Assembly: GCF_016806735.1 (NCBI RefSeq)
Contig: NZ_CP060530.1
Span: 180,001 to 212,000 of the forward strand
Origin: Candidatus Micrarchaeum sp.
GTDB taxonomy: Archaea; Micrarchaeota; Micrarchaeia; Micrarchaeales; Micrarchaeaceae
Reading direction: 5' to 3'
DNA length: 32,000 nucleotides
Below the pieces are notes generated by a model. It saw nothing but the letters and a program-made list of their open reading frames with translations, ran no database searches and was not told the DNA's origin. Shown piece after piece: positions 8,347 through 16,826 of the stretch. Every line of letters begins with the position of its first letter. The stretch's first letter is position 1. Made by a program: the position numbers and the translations under genes.

Positions 8347-8694
8347 ATGATCATGGATGTTTTGCTAAGGAGAAAGCTTAAGGAAATGGGAATGACGGAC
8401 TTCCAGATTAGCGTCCTTGATGCCACATCTAATATACCCGCAGGCCAAGTCCGGACCTATAAGGAAATAGCGATTGAAATAGGACATCCGAACGCCTGCA
8501 GGGCAGTAGGCACAGCATTGCGCAAAAATCCGTTCCCAGTGACAATACCATGCCACAGGGTAATAAAAAGCTCGGGAGAGCCGGGAAAATATTCCGGCAA
8601 ATCCGGGACTAGGAAAATAAAACTGCTTCAGATGGAAGGAGTGAAAATAAGCAACGGAATTGTCAACCAAAAAAGAAGTAGCCCGGCGGAATAG
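8347..8694 (+). CDS. ogt: methylated-DNA--protein-cysteine methyltransferase, single (C-terminal DNA-binding/active-site) domain
   Basis: 115 aa. IPAGQVRTYKEIAIEIGHPNACRAVGTALRKNPFPVTIPCHRVI carries the PCHRV active-site cysteine motif. The usual N-terminal domain is absent. Confidence 0.85.
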   Translation: MIMDVLLRRKLKEMGMTDFQISVLDATSNIPAGQVRTYKEIAIEIGHPNACRAVGTALRKNPFPVTIPCHRVIKSSGEPGKYSGKSGTRKIKLLQMEGVKISNGIVNQKRSSPAE

Positions 8695-8722
8695 ACCGCC
8701 GGGATTCTTATCCACCCAAGGC

Positions 8723-9085
8723 TTAAAACCTGTAAGCTCCAAAGCTCTCATTTTTCGCACTGTAAGTCAGAGACACGCTTTCGTACCTTGCCATCAGGTC
8801 CTTTCCTTTCGCATTTATGCCTTCAAGCGTGCTTCTGCCCAGCTGGGTCAGCCTTAGCGGCTTTCCCAACTCATCCTTGCTTGCGAAATCCAGCATTCCC
8901 TTCTCCTTTAGCCTGTTGAGAAGATACCACACCGAGCTTTTGGATATGCTGTAAGTGTCGCTTATGTACCCAACGAAGCTGCTTGCGCTGTCTATGGCGT
9001 CGCTTCCTATCTCGAGAATCACGAGCTGCTCACGCTCAGTAAGTCTCAACAAACCCTTCTCTACACTAAATACCATTTGGCCCAC
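8723..9085 (-). CDS. winged helix-turn-helix transcriptional regulator (MarR/TrmB-like)
   Basis: 120 aa. LTEREQLVILEIGS...SFVGYISDTYSISKSSVWYLLNRLKEKGMLDF...GKPLRLTQLGRSTLE follows a wHTH pattern (helix-turn-helix followed by a wing). Confidence 0.6.
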   Translation of the reverse strand: MGQMVFSVEKGLLRLTEREQLVILEIGSDAIDSASSFVGYISDTYSISKSSVWYLLNRLKEKGMLDFASKDELGKPLRLTQLGRSTLEGINAKGKDLMARYESVSLTYSAKNESFGAYRF

Positions 9086-9390
9086 ATAAACACCTCAGAA
9101 ATTTTTTAAAGGGGGTTTATGCAGCCAAATGGTTCAATGGTGTGTACTTAATCATTGAATTATTTGCAATGCAGTCGCTGCCTATAAAGGATGAGACAAA
9201 ACTTCTCCACAGCACTGCGAATTGCATTTTTTTCACACCAGTTCCATTTGCTGCCTATTTACTAAAGCACATTGCGTTATGTTTAAACCAGAGCAACAAT
9301 ATTTAAACCTTATGTGCAGCAACGTCGGTGCGCGAATTGCATCAACCCAAAGAATAAATATTTCAAAAATTCATACGTCATCTGGTTTTC

Positions 9391-10437
9391 ATGGAAATAA
9401 AGAAGGAAGCAGCTACTGCAGGCAAAGATATGCACGAAGGACTTGCGTCTTTATCTAGGAAGGAATATTCCCGATCTGCAAAGGCGGATTTTCTCTCATG
9501 GATGGAATCTGAAGGGTACGTAATCAGGGATGGCAACGGAAAGCTAAAGTTCAATACAAATTGGCGCAATAAAGAGGACAGGATAAAATCCGTTCGCAAG
9601 CTTGTCGAAGTGATGAATATATCTCCGCTGGACCTTAAAAATGGGGACTTTTTCGAAATGGGGCTTATAGAAATGCTAAAAATATACTCTTTAAAACGCG
9701 GCAGTTTTCCAGCAGTTTTCAACGCCCTAAAGGAAGCATATCCAGAGCTTGAGATAAATCTATGGGATATAAGAAGCCTGAACGGAACCATATCTAAAAA
9801 CAGGGAAACTGCTGACGAAGCGATAAGATGGCTCGTCAAGAAGAAATCCGGAGTTGTTACAGAGGACGATTTCAAGAACAACGGAGTAAGCTTCGTACTT
9901 TCATTCTATAACAACGTGTTCGATGCAATCATATTCTCGAAGCCTGATTTCCTGGAAAGCAACTCCATAAAGGTCCTCGCAGGAAAATATTTGGACAAAG
10001 CATTTGCAAACAATGTCAACAAGAGACGTGCTGCCATATCTACGATAATAAAATTATCGGGATCTCCCAAATCGGTAAACTACCAAAGTTTCGAACGGTA
10101 CGGCATGGAAAGCCTATTGTCATGCTATTTGCAGAACCCCATATTTTTGAACAACTTCATAAAGCCGGAGGACGAAAGCAAGCTTCTTGCATGGCTTGCA
10201 ATATCTGACGTTATAAAAGATTTTAAAGCATGGGAGATGGAAGATCCTCCGAAATCGCTTTTGCTAAATAGGAAAACCAGGATAGAATCGACTGTTTGGC
10301 TTTCTTCCGTATTGCACAAGAGTGTATACAGGCTCTCTTATGCGGATTGGGAAAGGTCTGGGATAGAATGGATCATAAACGAATTTTATGGCGGAAACCA
10401 TTACGGTGCGATACACGACGTAATGGATTCAGTTTAA
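9391..10437 (+). CDS. hypothetical protein built of four ~55-aa internal repeats
   Basis: 348 aa. Four modules share N[KR]xxxhxxhxxLh...(D/Y)(F/W)xxxGhxxhhxxY/F...A/hh. Examples: NKEDRIKSVRKLVEV..DFFEMGLIEMLKIY..AVFNALKEA; NRETADEAIRWLVKK..DFKNNGVSFVLSFYNNVFDAIIF; NKRRAAISTIIKLSG..YQSFERYGMESLLSCY; NRKTRIESTVWLSSV..YADWERSGIEWIINEFYGGNHYGAIHDV. GC is lower than in neighbouring genes. Confidence 0.6.
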   Translation: MEIKKEAATAGKDMHEGLASLSRKEYSRSAKADFLSWMESEGYVIRDGNGKLKFNTNWRNKEDRIKSVRKLVEVMNISPLDLKNGDFFEMGLIEMLKIYSLKRGSFPAVFNALKEAYPELEINLWDIRSLNGTISKNRETADEAIRWLVKKKSGVVTEDDFKNNGVSFVLSFYNNVFDAIIFSKPDFLESNSIKVLAGKYLDKAFANNVNKRRAAISTIIKLSGSPKSVNYQSFERYGMESLLSCYLQNPIFLNNFIKPEDESKLLAWLAISDVIKDFKAWEMEDPPKSLLLNRKTRIESTVWLSSVLHKSVYRLSYADWERSGIEWIINEFYGGNHYGAIHDVMDSV

Positions 10438-10467
10438 GGTATCCGCCTCAAATTAACATTGCGCAGC

Positions 10468-11490
10468 TTACGCTATTGACGCAATGCCTTTGAACGAAGC
10501 CAGCTGTTCTCCCGCCTCGTCCATAGAGTTGAAAATATCTATTTTTATGTGCATCAATTCGGCCTTTGCGAGTATCTTTTGCACATCCTGATTTCCAAGC
10601 ATTGAGTCGTTGACTATCAGGCTGCCAACTGCATAGTCATCAATGGCAGTCGCAACGTTTTCTATTCCGTATTTTGATGTCCCAGAGGAAAGCCCCTTAA
10701 GAAATTCTTCCATGACTGCAAATTCGCTCCTTATGTGCTCGCTTCTCAAAAGGCTTTCGACTTCCGAGCTGCGTATTATCTCATACACTCCAGAGCGCTC
10801 GGTATTGCTTGCCTGCTGGTATATTATGCGCTTGTCTATCTTCTCCTGTTTGGATTCCATATAGGTGCGAACATCATCCTTGGTGAATCCTGGCCCTGCA
10901 ACTATTACTGTGTCTACATCCATGCTTTTTATCGTGCTTGTTATGGCTTCGTAGAACTTCCTTTGCTGTTCCTGGAAGTCTTTCTGCGTCATCCTTTTGC
11001 TCAGGTTGCTGTAAATCTCGTTCCTGAACTCCACGCCGTAGCCAAGAAGGTAAGCAGGAAGCGCCTTCTCGTCGTCGACCACTATTATACCAAGCCTGGG
11101 CTTTTTCGTGTCCCCAACCGCATTTTTTACTACATTGACCAGGTAATCCGGCCATGCGGCTTTTATTATGTCTAGCGTATCCGACGGGGCTATGTTGAGC
11201 GTATGGTAGCTGTTAAGCCGTATATACTGCTCTGGTTTCCCTTCGACTATTTTGCCCATTATCCTTAACCTCAGCGCATTCTTGTCAAGCTCTGTCTTCT
11301 CAACGCGCAGGGTTATGATAACCTCCTTCAGCTCTCCCACATCCGTCTCGTTTGCCTTGAACTTCCTGAGGCTCTTCGATTTCACAAGATCGTTCGGAAG
11401 CACTATGCGTTGCACCGTCCACAAGTCTTCCAGAGTGTCAAGCTTGAGCCTCATGACGCCTTCTCCTTGGTAAAACTTTACTATGTGCAT
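10468..11490 (-). CDS. pelA: mRNA surveillance / ribosome rescue factor Pelota (aDom34)
   Basis: 340 aa. The N-terminal GEGVMRLKLDTLEDLWTVQRIV, the central IIVVDDEKA...VIVAGPGFTKDD and the eRF1-like C-terminal domain (KYGIENVATAIDDYAVGSLIVND) match Pelota. Confidence 0.9.
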   Translation of the reverse strand: MHIVKFYQGEGVMRLKLDTLEDLWTVQRIVLPNDLVKSKSLRKFKANETDVGELKEVIITLRVEKTELDKNALRLRIMGKIVEGKPEQYIRLNSYHTLNIAPSDTLDIIKAAWPDYLVNVVKNAVGDTKKPRLGIIVVDDEKALPAYLLGYGVEFRNEIYSNLSKRMTQKDFQEQQRKFYEAITSTIKSMDVDTVIVAGPGFTKDDVRTYMESKQEKIDKRIIYQQASNTERSGVYEIIRSSEVESLLRSEHIRSEFAVMEEFLKGLSSGTSKYGIENVATAIDDYAVGSLIVNDSMLGNQDVQKILAKAELMHIKIDIFNSMDEAGEQLASFKGIASIA

Positions 11491-11551
11491 AAAACAAAAC
11501 CTTACACTACATTACGCTCATTTATTATTTGCGCTTATAATAAATATTGTT

Positions 11552-12484
11552 TTGGAGGGTGGTATTATAAGCAGAAAAGCAGTTGGCAATGAGTACCTGC
11601 TTATTGCGGCCATAATGATCTTGTCCATCGCGCTTGTGGCTGAATCCTTTGCCATATACCTCGGAACACATCCTGGCAATCTCAGCAGCACATCCCTGAC
11701 AAGCACAATAGCGCAAGCGCCTACCTCAAAGCTTAATCTAATACTGACTGCTCCGGAATATTCGGTTGTAAATTTTGAGGTTACTGTATCTGGTAGCGGT
11801 TTTAACGAATCGCAGTATGCAAAGCTCGGCCCAAAACTCTACATGCTGAATTACAGCGAGGTAAAAGGCATAAGCGCAGCCTCCGGCCCAATAACAATAA
11901 GCTCAAACACGGAACTTAACAAAACTGTGGTGGTGCCGGACAATGAAACACGCATGCTTTTCACAGGGCTTGAGCCCTACTCAAACTATTCGGTTACCAT
12001 AAAGGGCTCGGAAAGCCCGTACTGCTTCCCAGGCCTTGCATGCCCGATGTTCATACTTGCAATTTCGAGATCCTACGAACTGCGTACTGGCCCGGCGAAT
12101 TCTATAAGCAACTATTCCATAAATCTTTCACCTGCCCCTTACCAGAATTCAACCATCTCGCAATATGCTTGCAGCACAGGCCTTCCAATGGCAATAAACC
12201 AAAGTGCCTATGTCCGTTGCAATGACGGTTCACGCCTGCTGAACTTCGTACTGTCGCAGGTTAACTCCAATGGCACAATAACCGGCCTGGTATACCCATA
12301 CTATTACATTATGGTAAACACAAGCATAAAGCCATTGAAGGAAGTATTCCGTGACGGGCAGGAGGTAAGCTTCTCATGTTCAGGCTACATCGCATATCTG
12401 CAAAACTCCAGCTATGCCGGCCAATACGCGATATTCAAGGTCATAAGGATCCATCCTATACCATGCCCTGCCGAAGTTGGCTAA
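11552..12484 (+). CDS. membrane-anchored extracellular protein rich in N-glycosylation sequons
   Basis: It has a single N-terminal hydrophobic helix (LLIAAIMILSIALVAESFAIYL) followed by a Ser/Thr/Asn-rich ectodomain. The ectodomain has at least 12 NxS/T sequons (NLS, NES, NYS, NKT, NET, NYS, NLS, NST, NQS, NGT, NTS, NSS). The track start at 11483 overlaps the divergent pelota start, so I prefer the in-frame TTG at 11552, which has an AT-rich box about 25 nt upstream. The start remains uncertain. Confidence 0.55.
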   Translation: MEGGIISRKAVGNEYLLIAAIMILSIALVAESFAIYLGTHPGNLSSTSLTSTIAQAPTSKLNLILTAPEYSVVNFEVTVSGSGFNESQYAKLGPKLYMLNYSEVKGISAASGPITISSNTELNKTVVVPDNETRMLFTGLEPYSNYSVTIKGSESPYCFPGLACPMFILAISRSYELRTGPANSISNYSINLSPAPYQNSTISQYACSTGLPMAINQSAYVRCNDGSRLLNFVLSQVNSNGTITGLVYPYYYIMVNTSIKPLKEVFRDGQEVSFSCSGYIAYLQNSSYAGQYAIFKVIRIHPIPCPAEVG

Positions 12485-12529
12485 TAAAGCAGATTTTTAA
12501 ATTAAACCGCAAAAACAGTATGGATTCAA

Positions 12530-13147
12530 ATGTTTGAACTGGTTTTGTTATCAATACTCTCAAACGCATATGGTACCATAAACACCCTGATGGCGCAATA
12601 CGGATATCTGGCAATATTCGGACTGATGCTTTTGGAGGGTTCGTCACTGCCGGTGCCTAGCGAAGTGGTTCTTCCTCTAGCTGGTGTATTGGTTGCGCAG
12701 CACACCCTTTCCTTCGTACCTGTTTACATAGCCGCGCTCCTGGGGAGCATAGGGGGTCTGGCAATAGACTACTACATAGGGTATTTCCTAGGCAAGGACG
12801 TAGTGTACAAGCACCTGAGGCTATTCCACATAAGCCAGGAGCAGCTTGATGCTTTCGACAGATGGTTCGACAAAAATGGCGTGGCTTCGGTCTTCTTTAC
12901 CCGCTTCATACCTGTACTAAGGACCATAATGAGCCTTCCTGCAGGGTTCGCCAAAATGCCACAGAAAAAGTTCTATTCCTATTCCATACTCGGAACCGGG
13001 ATATACGACATAGTGCTCATAATATTCGGCATGAAGGCCCTCACCACGCACAATGCGATAATAACCCTTACTGCAATAGGCGTTTTCGCCATAGTGCTTT
13101 ACGCTCTATACAGGGTTGCGATGTCAAGAATGACAAGGCAAAAATAA
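12530..13147 (+). CDS. DedA-family (SNARE-associated/VTT domain) membrane protein
   Basis: 205 aa. YGYLAIFGLMLLEGSSLPVPSEVVLPLAG...FFTRFIPVLRTIMSLPAGFAKMPQKKF are the DedA signature blocks. Confidence 0.85.
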   Translation: MFELVLLSILSNAYGTINTLMAQYGYLAIFGLMLLEGSSLPVPSEVVLPLAGVLVAQHTLSFVPVYIAALLGSIGGLAIDYYIGYFLGKDVVYKHLRLFHISQEQLDAFDRWFDKNGVASVFFTRFIPVLRTIMSLPAGFAKMPQKKFYSYSILGTGIYDIVLIIFGMKALTTHNAIITLTAIGVFAIVLYALYRVAMSRMTRQK

Positions 13148-13229
13148 CTTCTGCAACCACAAAACTTATTTATAACCTATAATGCAATTCATAGCATATG
13201 ATGAATGAGGTAATCGCTGAGCTAAGGCT

Positions 13230-14123
13230 ATGAAGAGAGGTAGGCGGGCTGATTTATTGGATGCATTGCAAAGACTTGGCAAGAAAAGTATTCGCGCTAC
13301 TGACATAGCAGCGCAATACTGGTGCGAGAAGCAAATGGAACTCAACTACCTCATAGGTCCGTCAATAACAAAGGAAATAATGAAAGGGAAGGAGATACAC
13401 GAGGAGATGGAGAACGAGACCAACATTCCAATAGTTCTCCAGACGAAGAGTTATGCAGACTTTTTGTACAAAAGCCTGTACACCACGTGCGAAGCTCTCG
13501 AAACGTTGAAGAAAAACAAGAAGTCAAGGGAACTTCTCCTTTACGGAAACATGGGCAAATACAGGATTGTCGGGAAGATGGACGAACTTCTCATATCCAG
13601 CGGAAATGTCGTAATAGTCGAAGACAAGACCAGGGCAACAGACAAGCTTCCATCCGATGCGCAGCTAAAATCGCACAAGGCCCAAGTCATACTTTACAAG
13701 AAGCTTCTGGGAGACATAATATCTGGGGCGTACAACGAAGACGTTTTTTCAAAGGAATACGGGATACACAGGCTCAGCGTTACAAAGGAGTTTGAAAGGC
13801 AGCTTGACGCACTCAAAATCCCAAAGAACATGCAGACTCTGCCAGAAATAACTGGCAAGTTCTTCAAGTTATACAGGGGAATAGGCCATCTCAGCGAAAC
13901 GTTGGTTATAAGGTACATAAACCAGTACACCGGCAAGAAAATAGACAACTACAAATTCAAAGTGCCAGAAGAAGAACTCGAAGGCACAATAAATTTCGCG
14001 CTTAAATACTGGAGCGGGGAAAGGGAGGCGCTCCCGGTTCCCTACGAAGAGAAATGGAAATGTGACTACTGTGCATTCTTCGGCAAGGAATGCAAGGTGT
14101 GGTTCGCGCAAAAAACCCTGTGA
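13230..14123 (+). CDS. PD-(D/E)XK nuclease of the Cas4/DUF83 (RecB-like, 4-Cys) type, standalone
   Basis: 297 aa. It has an N-terminal Cys (AAQYWCEKQ), a D...ExK core (GKMDELL...VVIVEDKT), a QxxxY motif (KAQVILYKKL) and a C-terminal CxxCx5C (KCDYCAFFGKEC). Together these give the four-Cys Fe-S ligand arrangement of Cas4. No cas genes or CRISPR array are in the window. Confidence 0.7.
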   Translation: MKRGRRADLLDALQRLGKKSIRATDIAAQYWCEKQMELNYLIGPSITKEIMKGKEIHEEMENETNIPIVLQTKSYADFLYKSLYTTCEALETLKKNKKSRELLLYGNMGKYRIVGKMDELLISSGNVVIVEDKTRATDKLPSDAQLKSHKAQVILYKKLLGDIISGAYNEDVFSKEYGIHRLSVTKEFERQLDALKIPKNMQTLPEITGKFFKLYRGIGHLSETLVIRYINQYTGKKIDNYKFKVPEEELEGTINFALKYWSGEREALPVPYEEKWKCDYCAFFGKECKVWFAQKTL

Positions 14124-14132
14124 GTGATTGAC

Positions 14133-16802
14133 ATGCTTGACAAGGAATCCTTAAGGAAAGAATTTTCCGTAAAGCCGGATTTATACTACAAAACCAAGCT
14201 CTTCGAAAGCGAAGGCTTCGTGCGCAAACGCTGCATAGGCTGTGGGAAATTCTTCTGGACCGCAGACGAATCAAGGGAATATTGCGGCGATTCTGAGCAC
14301 GAAGGGTACAGCTTCATGAAAAAGGACCCTGAAGACATATCGCTGGAACAATTCTGGTCAAAGTTCGCAAAATTCTTTGAGAACAACGGGCATGCGGTGA
14401 TAGAGAGGTACCCAGTGGTCAGCAGGTGGCGGCAAGACCTTTATTTCACAATAGCCAGCATACAGGATTTTCAAAGGATAGAGAATGGAAACATGAGCTT
14501 CGAATACAGCTCCAATCCGCTTCTCGTGCCTCAAATGTGCCTGAGATTCAACGACATACCTAACACCGGAGTCACCGGAAGGCATTTCACGTCTTTCATA
14601 ATGGCCGGCCAGACTGCTTTCAACTACCCAAAAGAAGGATACTGGAGGGACAGAACCATAGAGCTAAACTACGATGCCCTGACGAAAATAGTTGGAGTAA
14701 AAAAGAAGGACATAACATATGTAGAAGACGTATGGGCTATGGGCGATTTCTCGGAATTCGGGCCAAGCCTGGAAGCTTTTTCCGGCGGCCTCGAAATGGT
14801 AAACAATGTATTTACCCAGTTCGAATATGCAGACGGAGTAAGGCGTGAGCTGTCCGGTAAAGTGGTGGATGTGGGCTGGGGTCTGGAAAGGCTGGTCTGG
14901 TTCAAGAGCGGGGCCCAAACCGCATACGATCCAGTATTCAAAGACGCACTCGCTTATATATACAAGAAGAGCGGCATAACCCCTGACAGGGCACTCTATT
15001 CGAAGGTTGCAGGGCAGTTCGGAAGAATAGACCTGAGCGAAACCAAGTCCTTTGAAGATGTAGAGCTCAAGGCTGTAGAAGCGGCAGGCATAAGCACATC
15101 GGACTACAACACAATAATAAAGCCTATGCAAGCCGCGTATGCGATAGCAGATCATGCAAAAACACTGCTGTTCGCGATAACGGACGGCGCACTGCCAAGC
15201 AACGTTGGCGGAGGCTACAACCTCAGGATAATACTTAGGAGAATATTCGATTTCAGATCAAGGTACCGCATGGATTTTGACATGAGGGAGCTCATGGAGA
15301 TAATTGCCAAATCAATGTCCCACATGTATCCAGAGCTATCCGGCAGCATAGACGAGCTAGAAGACATCATAAGAGTGGAGAAGGAGCGCTACGAGAATAC
15401 CCGGGTATCGGCGATAAAGACAATAAGTAGCATAATAGAAAAGCACGAGAAGATAACTCCTGAAAAAATGAGAGTGCTCTACGAGAGCAACGGCATAACC
15501 CCTGACCTGATAAACAGCGTAGCGGCGTCAAAGGGCGTTACCCTCGAGCTCCCGGAAAGCTCATACTCAAGCATAATCAAGGGAGACTTCACGGAAAAAG
15601 CCAAGAAGAAAGAACGTTTCGATTTGGACGTTTCTGGGATCAAGAAGACTGAGAAGCTGTTCTACGACTTCGCACTGGAATCCGATTCTAAGGTGCTTTT
15701 GTGCAGTTCCGATATGGTGGTTTTGGACAAGACGCCATTCTACGCCGAAAGCGGTGGCCAGGAAGCAGACCACGGCACCATAAATGGGATAAAAGTCAAG
15801 GACGTGCAGTCGCAGAACGGAGTGATAATACATCTGCTGGATGCAAAGCCAGATTTCAAGGCAGGTTCAAAAGTGCATTGCGTGGTCGACAGAAAAAGAA
15901 GGATGCAGCTCATAGCTCACCATACCGCAACACACCTTATAAGTGCGGCATCAAGGAGCATCCTGGGAAAGCATGCATGGCAGGAAGGCGCACATAAGGG
16001 CGTCACGAAAGCGCATATAGACATAGCGCATTACGAAAAGCTTAGCGACAAGCAGATAAAAGATATAGAGGCCACGGCAAATTCCTACCTGCAGAACGGG
16101 ATAAGGGTAAAAATGCAGGAGATGGACAGGAGCGAAGCGGAATCAAAATTCGGGTTTTCGATATACCAGGGGCACGGAGTCCCAGTCGCCAAGCCGAGGA
16201 TTGTGGAAATAACCGGCATGGACGGCAGCCTGATAGATGCGGAGGCATGCGGAGGCATACACGCCATGGGCATCGAATCAATAATAGGCACAATAAAAAT
16301 AATAGGCTCGCAGAGGATACACGACGGGATAGACAGGCTAGAGTATGTGGCTGGCCTTGCATCGTACAAGTACATAAATTCAACTGAGGAAAAACTTTCA
16401 GAAGCCGCAAAAATTGCTGGCACGGACAGCGAGAAGCTAACCGTCGCATTATCACAGATGTCGAAGCAACTCTCGGAATACAAAAGAATTGTCGAATCAA
16501 TGAAATCAACCGACGCATCGCAAGCAGCAGAAAAGTTTTTGTCTTCAAAGGAAAAATCGATAATAAGCGAGCTGGATTACGAAATGGATATGCTTAGGCA
16601 GATAGCCACAAATGTTGTCGATGCGGACGCGTCAAGGATAATACTTCTCTATAACAAATCGGGAAACGTAGTATGCATAGCAGGAAACGATTCGGGAAAG
16701 GACGCAAGCGAGTTCCTCAAGTCAAGCCTAGCTAAGCTTAAGGCCAAGGAGTTCAGGGGCGGAGGCTCGAAGCGCATAGCCCAGGGAATGCTTATAAGAT
16801 AA
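14133..16802 (+). CDS. alaS: alanine--tRNA ligase (archaeal type)
   Basis: About 889 aa. Class II core, editing-domain motifs HTATHL and CGGIH, and a C-terminal DHHA1-like domain. The ORF track starts at GTG 14124, directly abutting the preceding stop. The ATG at 14133 is more likely. Confidence 0.95.
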   Translation: MLDKESLRKEFSVKPDLYYKTKLFESEGFVRKRCIGCGKFFWTADESREYCGDSEHEGYSFMKKDPEDISLEQFWSKFAKFFENNGHAVIERYPVVSRWRQDLYFTIASIQDFQRIENGNMSFEYSSNPLLVPQMCLRFNDIPNTGVTGRHFTSFIMAGQTAFNYPKEGYWRDRTIELNYDALTKIVGVKKKDITYVEDVWAMGDFSEFGPSLEAFSGGLEMVNNVFTQFEYADGVRRELSGKVVDVGWGLERLVWFKSGAQTAYDPVFKDALAYIYKKSGITPDRALYSKVAGQFGRIDLSETKSFEDVELKAVEAAGISTSDYNTIIKPMQAAYAIADHAKTLLFAITDGALPSNVGGGYNLRIILRRIFDFRSRYRMDFDMRELMEIIAKSMSHMYPELSGSIDELEDIIRVEKERYENTRVSAIKTISSIIEKHEKITPEKMRVLYESNGITPDLINSVAASKGVTLELPESSYSSIIKGDFTEKAKKKERFDLDVSGIKKTEKLFYDFALESDSKVLLCSSDMVVLDKTPFYAESGGQEADHGTINGIKVKDVQSQNGVIIHLLDAKPDFKAGSKVHCVVDRKRRMQLIAHHTATHLISAASRSILGKHAWQEGAHKGVTKAHIDIAHYEKLSDKQIKDIEATANSYLQNGIRVKMQEMDRSEAESKFGFSIYQGHGVPVAKPRIVEITGMDGSLIDAEACGGIHAMGIESIIGTIKIIGSQRIHDGIDRLEYVAGLASYKYINSTEEKLSEAAKIAGTDSEKLTVALSQMSKQLSEYKRIVESMKSTDASQAAEKFLSSKEKSIISELDYEMDMLRQIATNVVDADASRIILLYNKSGNVVCIAGNDSGKDASEFLKSSLAKLKAKEFRGGGSKRIAQGMLIR

Positions 16803-16826
16803 GGCAGCATCCCAATACGAGACAAT

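Noticed and set aside
11483-11551. N-terminal 23 codons of track ORF 11483..12484
   Set aside because: They would overlap the divergently transcribed pelota start codon (11490) and leave no promoter. An in-frame TTG at 11552 with an upstream AT-rich box is more plausible, though unproven.
13198-13220. C-box (AUGAUGA) and D-box (CUGA) like motifs upstream of the Cas4-like gene
   Set aside because: The spacer is only 12 nt, there are no C'/D' boxes and no terminal stem. This is too short for a C/D sRNA. It is more simply the 5' UTR or a short upstream frame.
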